Of a stretch of DNA of 64,000 nucleotides, positions 12,975-25,104 are shown in pieces. The notes under the pieces are model-generated. The model saw only the letters and a program-made list of their open reading frames with translations, searched no databases and was not told where the DNA came from. The stretch's first letter is position 1. Each line of letters begins with the position of its first letter. Made by a program: the position numbers and the translations under genes. Source of the stretch: Octopus sinensis (taxonomy: Eukaryota); contig NC_043016.1 in NCBI RefSeq assembly GCF_006345805.1, forward strand, positions 9,672,001 through 9,736,000, read 5' to 3'.

Positions 12975-14164
12975 CATCATCATCATCATCATCATTTAGT
13001 TTTCCATGCTAGCATGGGTTGGACGGTTCTACTGGGGTCTGTGAAGCCAGAAGGCTTCATCAGGCCCAGTCAAATCTGGCAGTGTTTCTACGGCTGGATG
13101 CCCTTCCTAACGCCACCACTCCGTGAGTGTAGTGGGTGCTTTTTACGTGCCACCCGCACTGGTGCCAGACAGAGCTGGCAAACGGCCACGAACGGATGGT
13201 GCTTTTATGTGCCACCGGCACGAGGGCCAGGCGAGGCTGGCAACGGACACGAAACGGGGCGGTGCTGGCAACGGTCGCGAAACGGAAAGTTCTCTTACAT
13301 GCCACCGGCACTGGTAACACATCTGCAATTTCCATTGATCGATTCCATTGATCGATTTCGATTCTGATCCTCACTTGCCTCAATGGGTCTTCACAAGCAG
13401 AGTTTCGACATGCCACCGGCACTGGTAGCACATCCGCAATTTCCATTGATCGATTTCGATTCTGATCCTCACTTGCCTCAACACGTCTTCACAAGTAGAG
13501 TTTTGTGTCCCAAGAAGGGAAGGTATGCATACGTAGGCTGGCTCCATCCCATGTAGAAGGCCACGGGTTTGTGGACTCACTTGTCCTGCCGGGTCTTCTC
13601 GCGCACAGCACACTTCCAGAGGTCTCGGTCTCTAGTCATTTCCTCAGTGAGACCTAAAGTTCGAAGGTCGTGCTTCACCACCTCGTCCCAGGTTTTCCTG
13701 GGTCTGCCTCTTCCACAGGTTCCCTCAACCGCTAGGGTGTGGCACTTTTCACACAACTATCTTCATCCATTCTCGCCACATGACCATACCAGCGCAAACG
13801 TCTCTCTTGCACACCACAACTGATGCTTCTTAGGTCCAGCTTTTCTCTCAAGGTACTTACACTCTGCCGAGTGTGAGTACCGGCATTACACATCCATTGG
13901 AGCATACTGGCTTCATTTCTAGCGAGCTTACGCATATCCTCAGCAGTCACGGCCCATGTTTCACTGCCATGTAGCATGGCTGTTCGTACACACGCATCAT
14001 ACAGTCTGCCTTTCACTCTGTGCGAGAGGCCTTTTGTCACCAGCAGAGGTAAGAGCTCTCTGAACTTTGCCCAAGCTATTCTTACTCTAGCAGTTACACT
14101 TTCAGCACACCCGCCCCCGCTGCTGACTTGGTCACCTAGGTAACGGAAACTATCAACTATTTCT
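12975..14164 (-). mobile_element. 5'-truncated RTE-clade LINE: RT thumb region plus complete 3' UTR and (ATG)n tail
   Basis: DSFRYLGDQVSSGGGC..ARVRIAWAKFRELLPLL and KGRLYDACVRTAMLHGSETW...ERRLRWYGHVARM, contiguous with the repeat-containing UTR. Confidence 0.9.
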
Positions 14165-14420
14165 CATCATCATCATCTTCATCATCATTTAAAATCTGTG
14201 TTCCATGCTAGTATGACTGGGATGGTTCCACAAGAGCCATCAAGGCCGAAGCCTGCACCAAACTTCTGTGACTGTTTTGGCAGGATTTTTACAGCTGGAT
14301 GCCCTTCCTAACACCAACCACTCAGCAGAGTGGACTTAGTGCATTTTACGTGGCACAAGCACAAGAGGGGTCAGTTATGGCAAGGTTTTTTTTACAACTG
14401 AATGCCCTTCAAAACACCAG
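14165..14420 (-). mobile_element. RTE-like 3' UTR variant (gttccacaagagcc subfamily; also at 32220-32545)
   Basis: (CAT)n tail and a duplicated ctggatgcccttcc block. Confidence 0.7.
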
Positions 14421-14819
14421 CCACATTATGCAAAGGCAGAATAAGACAGAGAGAGATGTATACATTTCTATGTATGTGTTGATGTATAAACTTTGTTGAC
14501 CTGTCCTAGATAATGAAATTCCCAGGAAAATGGTATATTTTTCAAACATAAACAAAAAGAAATTGAAACAAAAAATATTTCTTGTGAACACAACAGACTT
14601 TATAGAGACAGAGTCATAATGTTAACTGAGACGTAGATCTGTGAGTCATAGGGAGACAGTAATATCCGTCTCCATACACACACACACACATGCATGAATG
14701 TATGTGTGGTGAGTGTGTGGAGACGGTAATATCCGTCTCCATACACACACACAACATGCATGAATGTATTGTGTGTGGAGTGTGTGTGGTGTGGTGTGTA
14801 TGTATATATAAATCTATTT

Positions 14820-14870
<51 letters not shown>

Positions 14871-15030
14871 TATATTATAAAATCTATTTATATATGTATA
14901 TATATAAATATTAGATAATCTTTATATATTTCTATATATAATATATTTCTATATATATATATTTCTATGTATTTTTCTGTTTCTATGTGTGTTGTGTATA
15001 AATCTGATATATATATGATATATATGTATG

Positions 15031-15075
<45 letters not shown>

Positions 15076-15183
15076 ATTATATAATATATATATATAAATC
15101 TATCTATATATGTATATATATATATATATCTTTATATATATGTTCTTTGTATGTGTGTATGTGTGTGAGTATATATATATATG

Positions 15184-15216
<33 letters not shown>

Positions 15217-15629
15217 ATTGTATATATATTATATCATACATACATACATACATACATACATACATACATACATACATACATACATACTACATATATACAT
15301 ATATACATACATACATAACGCATAAGCAAAGTAGTCTTTTATCAGAATACTTTTGTTGATGTCAAACAGTACCAACAGCTTGGACCATCAAAGACTGGTT
15401 AATTGGATAAACAAAATATAAATAAAAACAAAGAGACAATCGAGGGACAAAAGGATGAAAAAACGAAAGGAGGAAAATAAAAACACAAGAAAATACAAAT
15501 AAAAGGATCCCCAGTAGTAAAAACAACAACAATAAGAACTTATGTTTCTCTGTATTTGTGAATAGTTAAGTGGGTTGGCTTGATGTGTTCTTACAAAATA
15601 TGATAATGGTGATGTTGGTGGTGGTATCA

Positions 15630-16051
15630 GAGGCGAGCTGGCAGAATCGTTAGCACGCCGGGCGAAATGCATAGCAGTATTTCGTCTGCTGTTATGTTCT
15701 GAGTTCAAATTCCGCCGAGGTCGACTTTGCCTTTCATCCCTTCAGGGTCGATTAAATAAGTACCTGTTACACACTGGGGTCGATGTAATCGACTTAATCT
15801 GTTTTGTCTGTCCTCGTTTGTCCCCTCTGTGTTTAGCCCCTTGTGAGTAGTAAAGAAATAGGTATTTCGTCTGTCGTTACGTTCTGAGTTCAAATTCTTC
15901 CGAGGTCGACTTTGCCTTTCATCCCTTTCGGGGTCGATTAAATAAGTACCAGTTACGCACTGGGGTCGATGTAATCGACTTAATCTGTTTTGTCTGTCCT
16001 CGTTTGTCCCCTCTGTGTTTACCCCCTTATGGGTAGTAAAGAAATAGGTAT
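15630..16051 (+). mobile_element. Family-D SINE, dimeric (body duplicated)
   Basis: ~185-bp body gtatttcgtctg...aaagaaataggtat occurs twice after a single head. Confidence 0.9.
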
Positions 16052-16123
16052 CATGTATGTGTATGTGTGTATGCATGTATTAATGGGTAAGTGTGTGCAT
16101 ACAGACACTTACAAGTATATACA

Positions 16124-16154
<31 letters not shown>

Positions 16155-16656
16155 ACACTATTATGACCATTGTCATTTAACATTTGCCTTCTGTGCTGGC
16201 TTGGGTTGGATGGTTTGACAGGAGCCTGCACCAGACTTCTGTGTCTGTTTTGACACGGTTTTTACAGCTGGATGCTCTTCCTAACACCAACCACCCAGCA
16301 GAATGGACAGAACGCTTTTTATGTGGCACAAGTGTAGGTGAGGTCACTTCTGGGATGGTTTTTACTGCTGGATGCCCTTCCTAACACGAACCTCCCATCT
16401 GTCCAACCATCTGTTCGTTAGTCTGTCCAGTTGTCCATCCATTCATCCATCCATATATATTATATGCACAATATAAAACCTTAAAGGAACAATTTACTCA
16501 TCACTAATTGTGACTGGGGATGCTGAATAGTATCCATATTGTTAGAAATAAGAGTTAAAAGCCTTAAAGCTGCATGAGCACACACACACACACACACACA
16601 TCTATATCTGTAAATGTAATATGTGACAATTATTTGGTAGCCATAATAAAACACGT

Positions 16657-16958
16657 GGAGGCGAAATGGCCCAGTGGTTAGGGCAGTGAACTTGTGGTTG
16701 TAGGATTGCGGTTTCAATTCCTAGACCGGGCGTTGTGAGTGTTTATTGAGCGAAAACACCTAAAGCTCCACGAGGCTCCGGCAGTTTTTGGTGGCGATCC
16801 CTGATGTACTCTTTCACCACAACTTTCCCCCACTCTTGCTTCTGTTGGCCTGCTCGCTTAGCCAGCGGGGTGGCGTCATTTGAAGGCTAAAACAATGCGA
16901 TGTGCATTGTGACTAGCAATGTGTAGCAACATCTGATAGCCTGGTCGGTCATGGTGAT
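16657..16958 (+). mobile_element. tRNA-derived SINE, family A (head ggaggcgcaatggcccagtggttagggcag), tail type 1
   Basis: A/B-box-like head shared with 18232, 24627, 40086 and 47665. Confidence 0.85.
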
Positions 16959-17417
16959 ATATATATATATATATACACACACACAATGACAGTGGAGATA
17001 ACCACATATGAGCAAAGATGAAAAACCACTAGACTACACTAGACTGGTTTCCTCCTTTAATCACAAACTCGTTAGCAGTGTCAATCCTCATTACTCAGAT
17101 GGTTCAGCTAAAGACCTCTCTCACTATATATATTTACGCTACAAATTTATGGCTGATATAGCAAAATGATAACGCACATACAAAAACTTAATATAAGCAG
17201 CTACACGAGGCATTACAAGACTAATAACCTGGGGTAGAACTCAGTATATGTATGTTTCAGAATGAAGTGTTAACCGAGCAGAGAACAGCAATAAGAAAGG
17301 GAGATAGCAAAGAATAAATTATTATTCTATGAACTTCTTATAAGTATCTGTATTGAATTTTTCATTGTTGATGCCATTCTTTTTTAGGACAAAAAATGTA
17401 ATTCTTTACCAAATAAA

Positions 17418-17498
17418 GGCTCTGATGAAGCTATAAGATGTTATTCAGGTATTCAACTATGAGTCCACTGCTTCTTATAGAAGAAACAGTTGTAAGCT
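17418..17498 (+). ncRNA. Candidate type-I hammerhead with long stem II
   Basis: GGCT-CTGATGA-AG-CTATAAGA-(34 nt)-TCTTATAG-AA-GAA-ACAGTTGT-A-AGCT; core intact, base of stem II unpaired. Confidence 0.5.
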
Positions 17499-17587
17499 AA
17501 TGAAGGTTCATAAGATAATTATTTATTCCTTTGTTACCTCTCTTTCTTAAATATGTGTGTGTATGTATATATTGTTGTGCTTGTGTA

Positions 17588-18228
17588 CTGACATCACTTC
17601 TCTACTCATGTGAGACATGGACTCTGTACAAACGTCAGGTAAGGGTCCTTAAACATTTTCATCAGAGATGTCTCAGACACATTCTCAATGTTGGCTGGAC
17701 CTCAAAAATTCCAGACACACAGATCCTGAGGACAGCTGATATCTTGAGTATTGAGGCGGTGGTGCACAAGCTCCAGTTGCGTTGAACTGGACACCTTATT
17801 AGAATGGAGGATAGAAGGATTCCTAAGCAGTTGCTCTATGGAGAACTTGTGAATGGAAGGAGACTCTGGCAGAAACCAAGGCTGCGATTTAAGGACTGCG
17901 TTAAGGGTCTTTGATATGCAGGACACTGACTGGGAGAACAATGCCTGTCATCGCCACAGATGGAGGAAGCAGGTTAAGGAGGGGATCGACACTTCTGAGA
18001 GAGCACGTATCCAGCATGAAGAACTTAAGCATGCTGCGCGAAAGCGCACAGCTCGTATAGTGAATGGGGAAAGCTTGGTCTGCAATGTTTGCAGTCATGT
18101 ATGCTTGTCAAGAGCAGGGCTCATTAGCCACCATTGGATCCGCAAATGCAAAATATAAGTTAGCCCTAGAGTGCATAATGTTCCTGAAGGTCGGCAATGG
18201 TCTTCCTCGGTCATGAGTGGACGGCCAT
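17588..18228 (+). mobile_element. RTE-clade LINE 3' portion (second lineage, with C-terminal zinc finger)
   Basis: LLYSCETWTLY...FHQRCLRHIL...QLR*TGHLIRMEDRRIPKQLLYGEL...KPRLRFKDCV; CNVCSHVCLSRAGLISHH. Confidence 0.9.
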
Positions 18229-18231
18229 CAT

Positions 18232-18599
18232 TGTTGTGGTTACAACAATGAGGGTTCCAGTTGATCAGATCAATGGAACAACCTGCTTGTGAAATTAACA
18301 TGCAAGTGGCTGAGCACTCCACAGACACATGTACCCCTTAATGTAGTTCTCAGAGAGATTCAGCATGACACACAGTGTGACAAGGCTGGCCCTTTGAAAA
18401 ACAGCAGAAACAGGAAGAAAGAGCGAGAGAAAGTTGTGGTGAAAGAATGCAGAAGAGTTCACCACCACCCTCTGCTGGCACTTTGTAGAGCTTTAGGTGT
18501 TTTCGCTCAATAAACACTCACAATGATTGGTCTGAGAATGAAAATCACGATCCTATGACTACAAGTCTGCTGCCCTAACCACTGGGCCATTGCACCTCC
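18232..18599 (-). mobile_element. Family-A SINE, tail type 4
   Basis: Reverse complement of the 47665-48042 type. Confidence 0.85.
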
Positions 18600-18624
18600 A
18601 CTATATATATATATATATATATAT

Positions 18625-20068
18625 GGAGGTTATGACAGGTAATGGTGTCATTGAGACCCATAGATATGTTAGTATAAAGCTCTGTGATGATAGCAACATT
18701 GATCATCAAAGCAGTTTATCATGGATGAATAGCAGGATTATTACTTCCCACTTTGAAGGGTATGCGTTTGCAATCCAGGAAAAGGAAATATCAACCAAGT
18801 ACCAGAGGCACAAAAAGGATAGAGATGCAGGAAAAGCCATAAAGTGTGACAACCGATGCAGACTTTGTGGAATTCACACTGAAGATATCACCCACATCAT
18901 AGGCAGCTGTTCAAAAGTCTCATCACTGTATTATCTACCAATGAGACATGACGTTGTAGCTAATACATTCTATAATGAAATCCGTTGGAAGGATAATCCC
19001 GAGGACAAAGAAATAAGAACCAACAATATGGTAGAAGCCATAGCCACTCATAATAAAAAGGAATACTGGTGGAATGTTCCAGTGAAGACCTCGGTAAAAT
19101 GTAAGCACAACAGACCTGATAATGATTTGGGATAGAGAAGAGAAACTGTGCACAGTTATGGAAATTAGCTGCCCATCGGATGTTAACATAAAGCTGAAGA
19201 TCAGCGAAAAAGAGAACGCCTATTCTGAATTATTGAGAAATCTACAGTTACTCTATCCAGATTACAAGTTCAGGTTTATACCTGTAATTATTGGGGCCTT
19301 GGGATATGTAGCACACTGCCTAAATAGCAATCTTGAAAAATTAGGCTTCTCAAAACCAGAAAGGGAGAAAGCAAATTTGAAGACTACAGATCCAATCTAT
19401 CATTGGAACTGTAAAAATCTGTAAAACTTTCCAGAAGTTTATCATTTAAGTATATATGAGCATGTCTAGACATGCAACTATATGCATGAGAATAAATACA
19501 TAAAATATACAAATCTGCACATATACATACGTACATACATTCATACATACATACATACATACATACACACATACATACATACATACATGCATACGTACGT
19601 ACATACATACATACATACATACGTACATACATACATACATACACATACATACATACATACGTACATACATTCATACATACATACATACATACATACATAC
19701 ATACATACATACGTACGTATGTACATAGATACATACACATACATACATACATACATACATACGTACATACATTCATACATACATACATACATACATACAT
19801 ACGTACGTACATACATACGTATATACATACATACATACGTACGTATGTACATACATACATACATACATACATACATAATACATACATACATACGTACGTA
19901 GATACATACATACATACAAATATACATACATACATACATACATATACATACAAACAAGAATACCCTGTTGTTGATGTTGAAATTCCAATGAAGGCGCCTT
20001 GAATCTAGGTTGGAAACTGGTTCTTTCTCTATTGGCAAGAAATCTTGAAATAAAACTAAATAATGACA
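18625..20068 (+). mobile_element. R4/Dong-like non-LTR retrotransposon 3' part (CCHC finger plus restriction-like endonuclease) with 3' UTR containing (CATA)n
   Basis: EGYAFAIQEKEISTKY, CRLCG..EDITHIIGSC, RHDVVA, KHNRPD, EISCP, EKENAYSEL, GTVKICKTF; UTR block at 19950-20065 is homologous to 57405-57490. Confidence 0.85.
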
Positions 20069-20199
20069 TGCATACATGCCTACCTAAGAAGAGATAAAGG
20101 AGGGATGGGCATGAGATCAGTGCAGACAGCCTTTGAATGTTGCATATTCTTTCTGAAGCACCACTTGCTAAAGAATAGCAGCAAAAATAAATGCATTAA

Positions 20200-20418
20200 C
20201 CCTTTCGTTACCAACCCAGTTGAAACCGGCTCTGGCTCTGAGTACAAATTTCTTGTTTTCATAAGTTTTAAATTAAAACCTTCCACCAAACCTTAGTCAC
20301 AATTTATGTTCCTGACACTAGCTGAGTGATAACTAAGTTATTTTACTAAATTCTTTGTTATATTTAAAGTAATTGAAAGAAACACAGAGCATCTCATAAT
20401 AAATACAGTAACGAAATG
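20200..20418. mobile_element. piggyBac-like MITE (TTAA-CCCTTTCGTTAC end; degenerate right end)
   Basis: ttaaCCCTTTCGTTAC at 20196; gtaacgaaatgtgaa at ~20408. Confidence 0.55.
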
Positions 20419-20629
20419 TGAAGAGAACATTAAGCTACATTTCAGAAGCAAATTCCTCATGAACTGTTCTCTTCCTGATAACCCCCAAAATAGTCTCAAA
20501 TCAGTGGGACTAACATACCTCAAAGAAAACCTGGAAGTGAAATGCTCAGTATACAAGAAAAATAAGAAAGCTTATGCATGGGTATGTTTCCCCCAAATTT
20601 GAACAAGACATTCATATTGGCTTCAAATT

Positions 20630-21150
20630 TTGGATTAAGGCCAGCATGTTTTGTAGAAATGGTAAGTCAATTACAATAACTGGTACTTATTTTATTGACC
20701 TTGAAAGGGACGAAAGACAAAGTCAACCATGGTGGAATTTGAACTCAGAACGTAAAGACGGACAGAATGCTGCCAATCGTTTTTCTCAGCATGATAATGA
20801 TTCTGCCAGCTCACTACCTTAAAGACAGTAATATTGGACGTGAAGCGAAGCCTCTCTTTGACTTGTGACTGCTACATGACATAACATCATGTTTCGAAGG
20901 CTATGCATTTACATTTCCAGAAAAAGAGATTGTAACTAAAATACCAATTTCTTTACTACCCAGAGAGGACAAACAAGGACAGACAAACAGATAAGTCGAT
21001 TGTGTCGACCCCAGTGTGTAACTGGTACTTATTTAACTGACCCCGAAAGGATGAAAGTCGACCTTGGTGGAATTTGAACTCAGAACGTAGCGGCAGACGA
21101 AATACCGCTAAGCATTTTGCCCGGCGAGCTAACGTTTCTGCCAGCTGGTT
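20630..21150 (-). mobile_element. Two family-D SINE copies (~20630-20820 and ~20945-21150)
   Basis: ggaatttgaactcagaacgta; cccgaaaggatgaaagtcgacc. Confidence 0.75.
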
Positions 21151-21164
21151 GCCTTTCTACTTAC

Positions 21165-21470
21165 AATGGGCTTCTTTCAGTTTCCGTCTACCAAATCCAC
21201 TGACAAGGCTTTGGTTGGCCCGAGGTTATAGTTGAAGACACTTGTCAAGCAATGTTGGGGGGACAAACACAGACACACAAACATATACACACATATACAT
21301 ATATATATATATATATATATACATATATATGACGGGCTTCTTTCAGTTTCCATCTACCAAATCCACTCACAAAGCTTTGGTAGGAGACACTTGCCCAAGG
21401 TGCCATGCAGTGGGACTGAACCCAGAACCATGTGGTTGGTAAGCAAGCTACTTACCACACAGCCACTCCA
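21165..21470 (-). mobile_element. Family-T1 SINE fragments
   Basis: gggcttctttcagtttccgtctaccaaatccac occurs twice. Confidence 0.75.
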
Positions 21471-21659
21471 TACTAAAATACCTATTAATCTAAAGATAAA
21501 ATGAAGTTCTTGGAGCTCCAGGCTGCAACTGTAAATGCAGATTATGTCATGTTTCTGAGGAAGACATCACACATGTGATTAACAGCTACCCCAAAAATAT
21601 TGTCAAGGTACTAACTCCTCTATGTGACATGACATTGCAAAAACAATATACAATGCCAT

Positions 21660-22290
21660 GTGTGTGAAAAGACCAGGCAGGACAAGTGAGTCCAGCCCAC
21701 TTATGCATGCCTTTCCTCCCTTGGACACACAAAGACCTGTTGAGGCAAGTGAAGTCGATATCGAACCTCATCCGACGACAGGCACCTATGCCTACCCCCC
21801 TTTGCTTGTGAAGACCTGTTGGGGCAAGTGAAATCGGAATCAAAATTGAACCAATCCTATGACTGGCACCCGGCAGATGCCAGGACCCCTGGACTGGAGA
21901 TACGTAAAAAGCACTATCCAAATCGTGGCCGATGCCAGCGCTGCCTCGACTGGCTTCCGTGTCGGTGGCACGTAAAAAGCACCATCCGAATCGTGGCCGA
22001 AGCCAGTGCCGCCTCGACTGGCTTCCGTGCAGGTGGCACGTAAAATGCACCAATCCGACCGTGGCCGATGCCAGCCTCGCCTGGCTCCAGTGCAGGTGGC
22101 ACGTAAAAAGCACCCACTACACTCACGGAGTGGTTGGCGTTAGGAAGGGCATCCAGCTGTAGAAACATTGCCAGATAAGACCGGAGCCTGGTGCAGCCTT
22201 CTGGCTTCCCAGATCCCCGGTCGAATCGTCCAACCCATGCTAGCATGGAGAACAGACGTTAAACGATGATGATGATGATGATGATGATCA
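21660..22290 (+). mobile_element. RTE 3' UTR with tandem ~50-70-nt units and (ATG)n tail
   Basis: Same order of blocks as the UTR of 12975-14164. Confidence 0.85.
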
Positions 22291-22571
22291 GGGGTGGAGT
22301 GAAGACTGTCCTTGAATAAATATAGAGAATACCCTTGTTATTGAATACCTACACAAACATCAACACCACATTCCTATCAAACCATCTGTCAAGTGCAAGT
22401 TTAACAGGCCAGATATTGTTGTTTGACACATACACACACACACACACACACAAAAGCATGTAACATCATAGAATAGGGGTTCAGCTGTCCTGCTAATGTG
22501 AATGTCTCCTTGAAAATCAAAAGGAAAGAGAATAAGTATGGACAACTGCTTCGAAACCTCAAGATTCTATA

Positions 22572-22910
22572 TCATCATCATCATCATCATCGTTTAGCGT
22601 CCGCTTTCCACGCTAGCATGGGTTGGACGGTTCAACTGGGGTCTGTGAATCTGGAAGGCTTCATCAGGCCCAGTCAGATCTGGCAGTGTTTCTACAGCTG
22701 GATGCCCTTCCTAACGCCAACTCCGTGAGTGTAGTGGGTGCTTTTTACGTGCCACCTGCACAGGTGCCAGACAGAGCTGGCAAACGGCCACGGATGGACG
22801 GTGTTTTTTTCGTGCCACCGGCACGGGGGCCAGACGAGGCTGGCGACGGACATGAACGGATGGTGCTTTTACGTGCTACCGGCACGGGGGCCAGGCGAGG
22901 CTGGCAACGA
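22572..22910 (-). mobile_element. RTE 3' UTR fragment inserted in the R4-like copy
   Basis: Near-identical to 12975-13250. Confidence 0.85.
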
Positions 22911-23040
22911 TTATAAATTCACATTTATTCCAATAATAATTGGTGCACTTGGTTTTTTTAAGAAAAAAATGCCTGACTGACAGTCTGAAAAAGCTTGGAT
23001 TTTCAGGAAAAGATATGAACATTACAAACACAATCTAGGG

Positions 23041-23564
23041 CAGTGGTTCCCAACCTTTGGATCTTTTCAGTTTGAACGGCAGTTTTTAAAAATAGTTTCC
23101 ACGTAACTAAACACTTTTAAACTTTGTATACTGGTAGAATGTGTTTATAAAACATCTTTTTCTCTTGGCTTTATTGAGAAAATTCTATAGTTTGTAAGAT
23201 ATTTGTTGTTTTTTTTATTCAATTTCTGCAATTTCAACCAATCAATGACGTCTATTGGGGTGAAAACATTCTGTGCCGTATGAATATGTCCCTCATTTAA
23301 GAAACAGATTGGGTTTATTTACATTTCTGAAGAAAAGAGATATCCTTCCCCCCACCCCACCCCACCCCTAACTAACCCTAACCCTAAAACAGATTGAAAT
23401 GCAATAGATTGATACTAGGGTCATAATTATGAGTGACAATTTCATGACACCGCTAGAAAAAACTGCTGTTCAAACCGAAAAGATCCCAACCTTTTCACCA
23501 CCAAGGGCCCCTTTTATTTAAATGAGTTTCATTACAGACCCCTTTTAATATGCTTATCCTTATG

Positions 23565-23621
<57 letters not shown>

Positions 23622-23705
23622 GAAATTTTGAATTTAGTCCACAGACCCCCAGTACTACCTTTGCAGACCACCAGGGATCTGCGGACCACAGGTTGAGAAT
23701 CACTG
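23041..23705. mobile_element. hAT (Charlie-like) MITE
   Basis: TIRs cagtggttcccaacc / ggttgagaatcactg; 8-bp TSD atctaggg/atctagcg. Confidence 0.85.
23059..23486 (+). mobile_element. Merlin-like MITE, copy 1
   Basis: ~30-bp TIR starting GGATCTTTTC; exact 8-bp TSD caaccttt. Confidence 0.85.
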
Positions 23706-23857
23706 ATCTAGCGGAACAGTAAAAATATGCAAGACTTTTCTTAAGTTTAATATGTGATGTTCTTGTTGCATCATCATCGCCGTCACCGCCACCGCCGCCG
23801 TGGGAGTCGATAAATTAAGTACCAGTGAAACACTGGGGTCGAATGTGATCGATTAGT

Positions 23858-24177
23858 GGATCTTTTCGGTTTGAACGGTAGCTTTTTTCTAGCGGTGTCA
23901 TATGAAATTGTCACCCATAATTATGACCCTAGTATCGATCTATTGCATTTCTGTTTTAGGGTTAGGGCTTTTTCACCTCAATAGACGTCATTGATTGGTT
24001 GAAATTTCAGAAATTGAAGAAAAATAACCACAAATATCTTATAAACTATAGAATTTTCTCAATAAAGCCAAGAGAAAAAGATGTTTTATAAACACATTCT
24101 ACCAGTATACGAAGTTTAACAATGTTTAGTTACGTGGAAATTATTTTAAAAAACTGCCGTTCAAACCGAAAAGATTC
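23858..24177 (-). mobile_element. Merlin-like MITE, copy 2 (inside a family-D SINE)
   Basis: Same TIR; 8-bp TSD cgattagt. Confidence 0.85.
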
Positions 24178-24626
24178 CGATTAGTCCCTTCCCCCAAAAT
24201 TTCAGGCCTTGTGCCTTTAGTAGAAAGTATTATTATCGTCGTTGTTGCTACCATACTGGGAAAATGCACAAAGCTGGAGTTCCGTAAGTGTTTCATCAAT
24301 CGTTTAGGCAGTTTAATATTTTTATCCAGTCCAATATATTTCTATTGGAACATATTTTGCTGAATTTCTGTGCAATTTATTACATCCACTTTTTGGAACA
24401 CGACAGAATGATCAACAGCGAACGGCGGTCTGAGCAGCGTTCTGTTGACCCAGTTTCTATTCCCGAAAGTAGCGACGGCACGGAGTTAAAATTCATTTAT
24501 CGATACAAGGAAATACAATTTCCTTTCGTTGCTATGACTGCAGAAAACAAAACCCCTTGCAAAGATACAAGTAGCGGCAACGACGATATCAACAACAACA
24601 GTAACGACAAGGAGAACAGCAACAGC

Positions 24627-24900
24627 AGGGGTGGCACAATGGCCTAATGGTTAGGGCAGCGGACTCGCGGTCGGAGGATTGCGGTTTCGATTCCCAGACC
24701 GGGCGTTGTGTGTGTTTATTGACCGAAAACACCTAAATTTCCACGAGGCTCCGGCAGGGGCTGGTGGCGACCCCAGTTGTACTCTTTCGCTCCAACTTTC
24801 TCTCACTCTTTCTTCCTGTTTCTTGTCCCCGACTTCCTACGCATTTATCCATCCGTCGATGCTCTCAGTGTCGGGGGTTGACCTGCTCTCTGTTCTGCGG
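24627..24900 (+). mobile_element. Family-A SINE, tail type 2
   Basis: Head ggcacaatggcctaatggttagggcagcggactcgcggtc. Confidence 0.8.
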
Positions 24901-25104
24901 GTCTTACGAATAGCAAAGGACCACGTTTCGGACTTCTCCCTTCTTGCGAGCTCGACAGCAACACAATTAGCAGAAACAACAATAGTATCAACAGCATCAG
25001 AAACCCGAAATGTTTCGGCTGTGGGAATACGAACCACTCGAAAGCCTTTTGCCCCACGGTGAAAGCACGAAGTTCTCTACCGTTGCTACTAACTCCTCAA
25101 GTTG

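Larger units (their letters stand above)
20069..23757 (+). mobile_element. Second, older R4/Dong-like copy fragmented by nested insertions
   Basis: Collinear fragments: AYLRRDKGGMG (20070), FEGYAF (20895), CRLCHVSEEDITHVI (21535), KFNRPDIVV (22400), KENKYGQLLRNLK (22525), FIPIIIGALG (22920), GTVKICKTFLKF (23712). Confidence 0.75.

Noticed and set aside
13040-13066. CTGATGAAGCC-TTCT-GGCT on the minus strand
   Set aside because: No GAAA; other copies read cctggtgcagcc, so the match is chance.
21920-22110. HDV-like or twister ribozyme in the RTE 3' UTR units
   Set aside because: Superficial similarity only (GCC..GGC, GCCGGT-GG, CGAAT, GTAAAA). P1/P3 are not contiguous, the L3/P1.1 CC is absent, and the twister CCCAAGC/GAGGG pairings are missing.
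23368-23390. Telomeric repeats (CCCTAA)n
   Set aside because: Only 2-3 units, internal to the Merlin-like MITE consensus.
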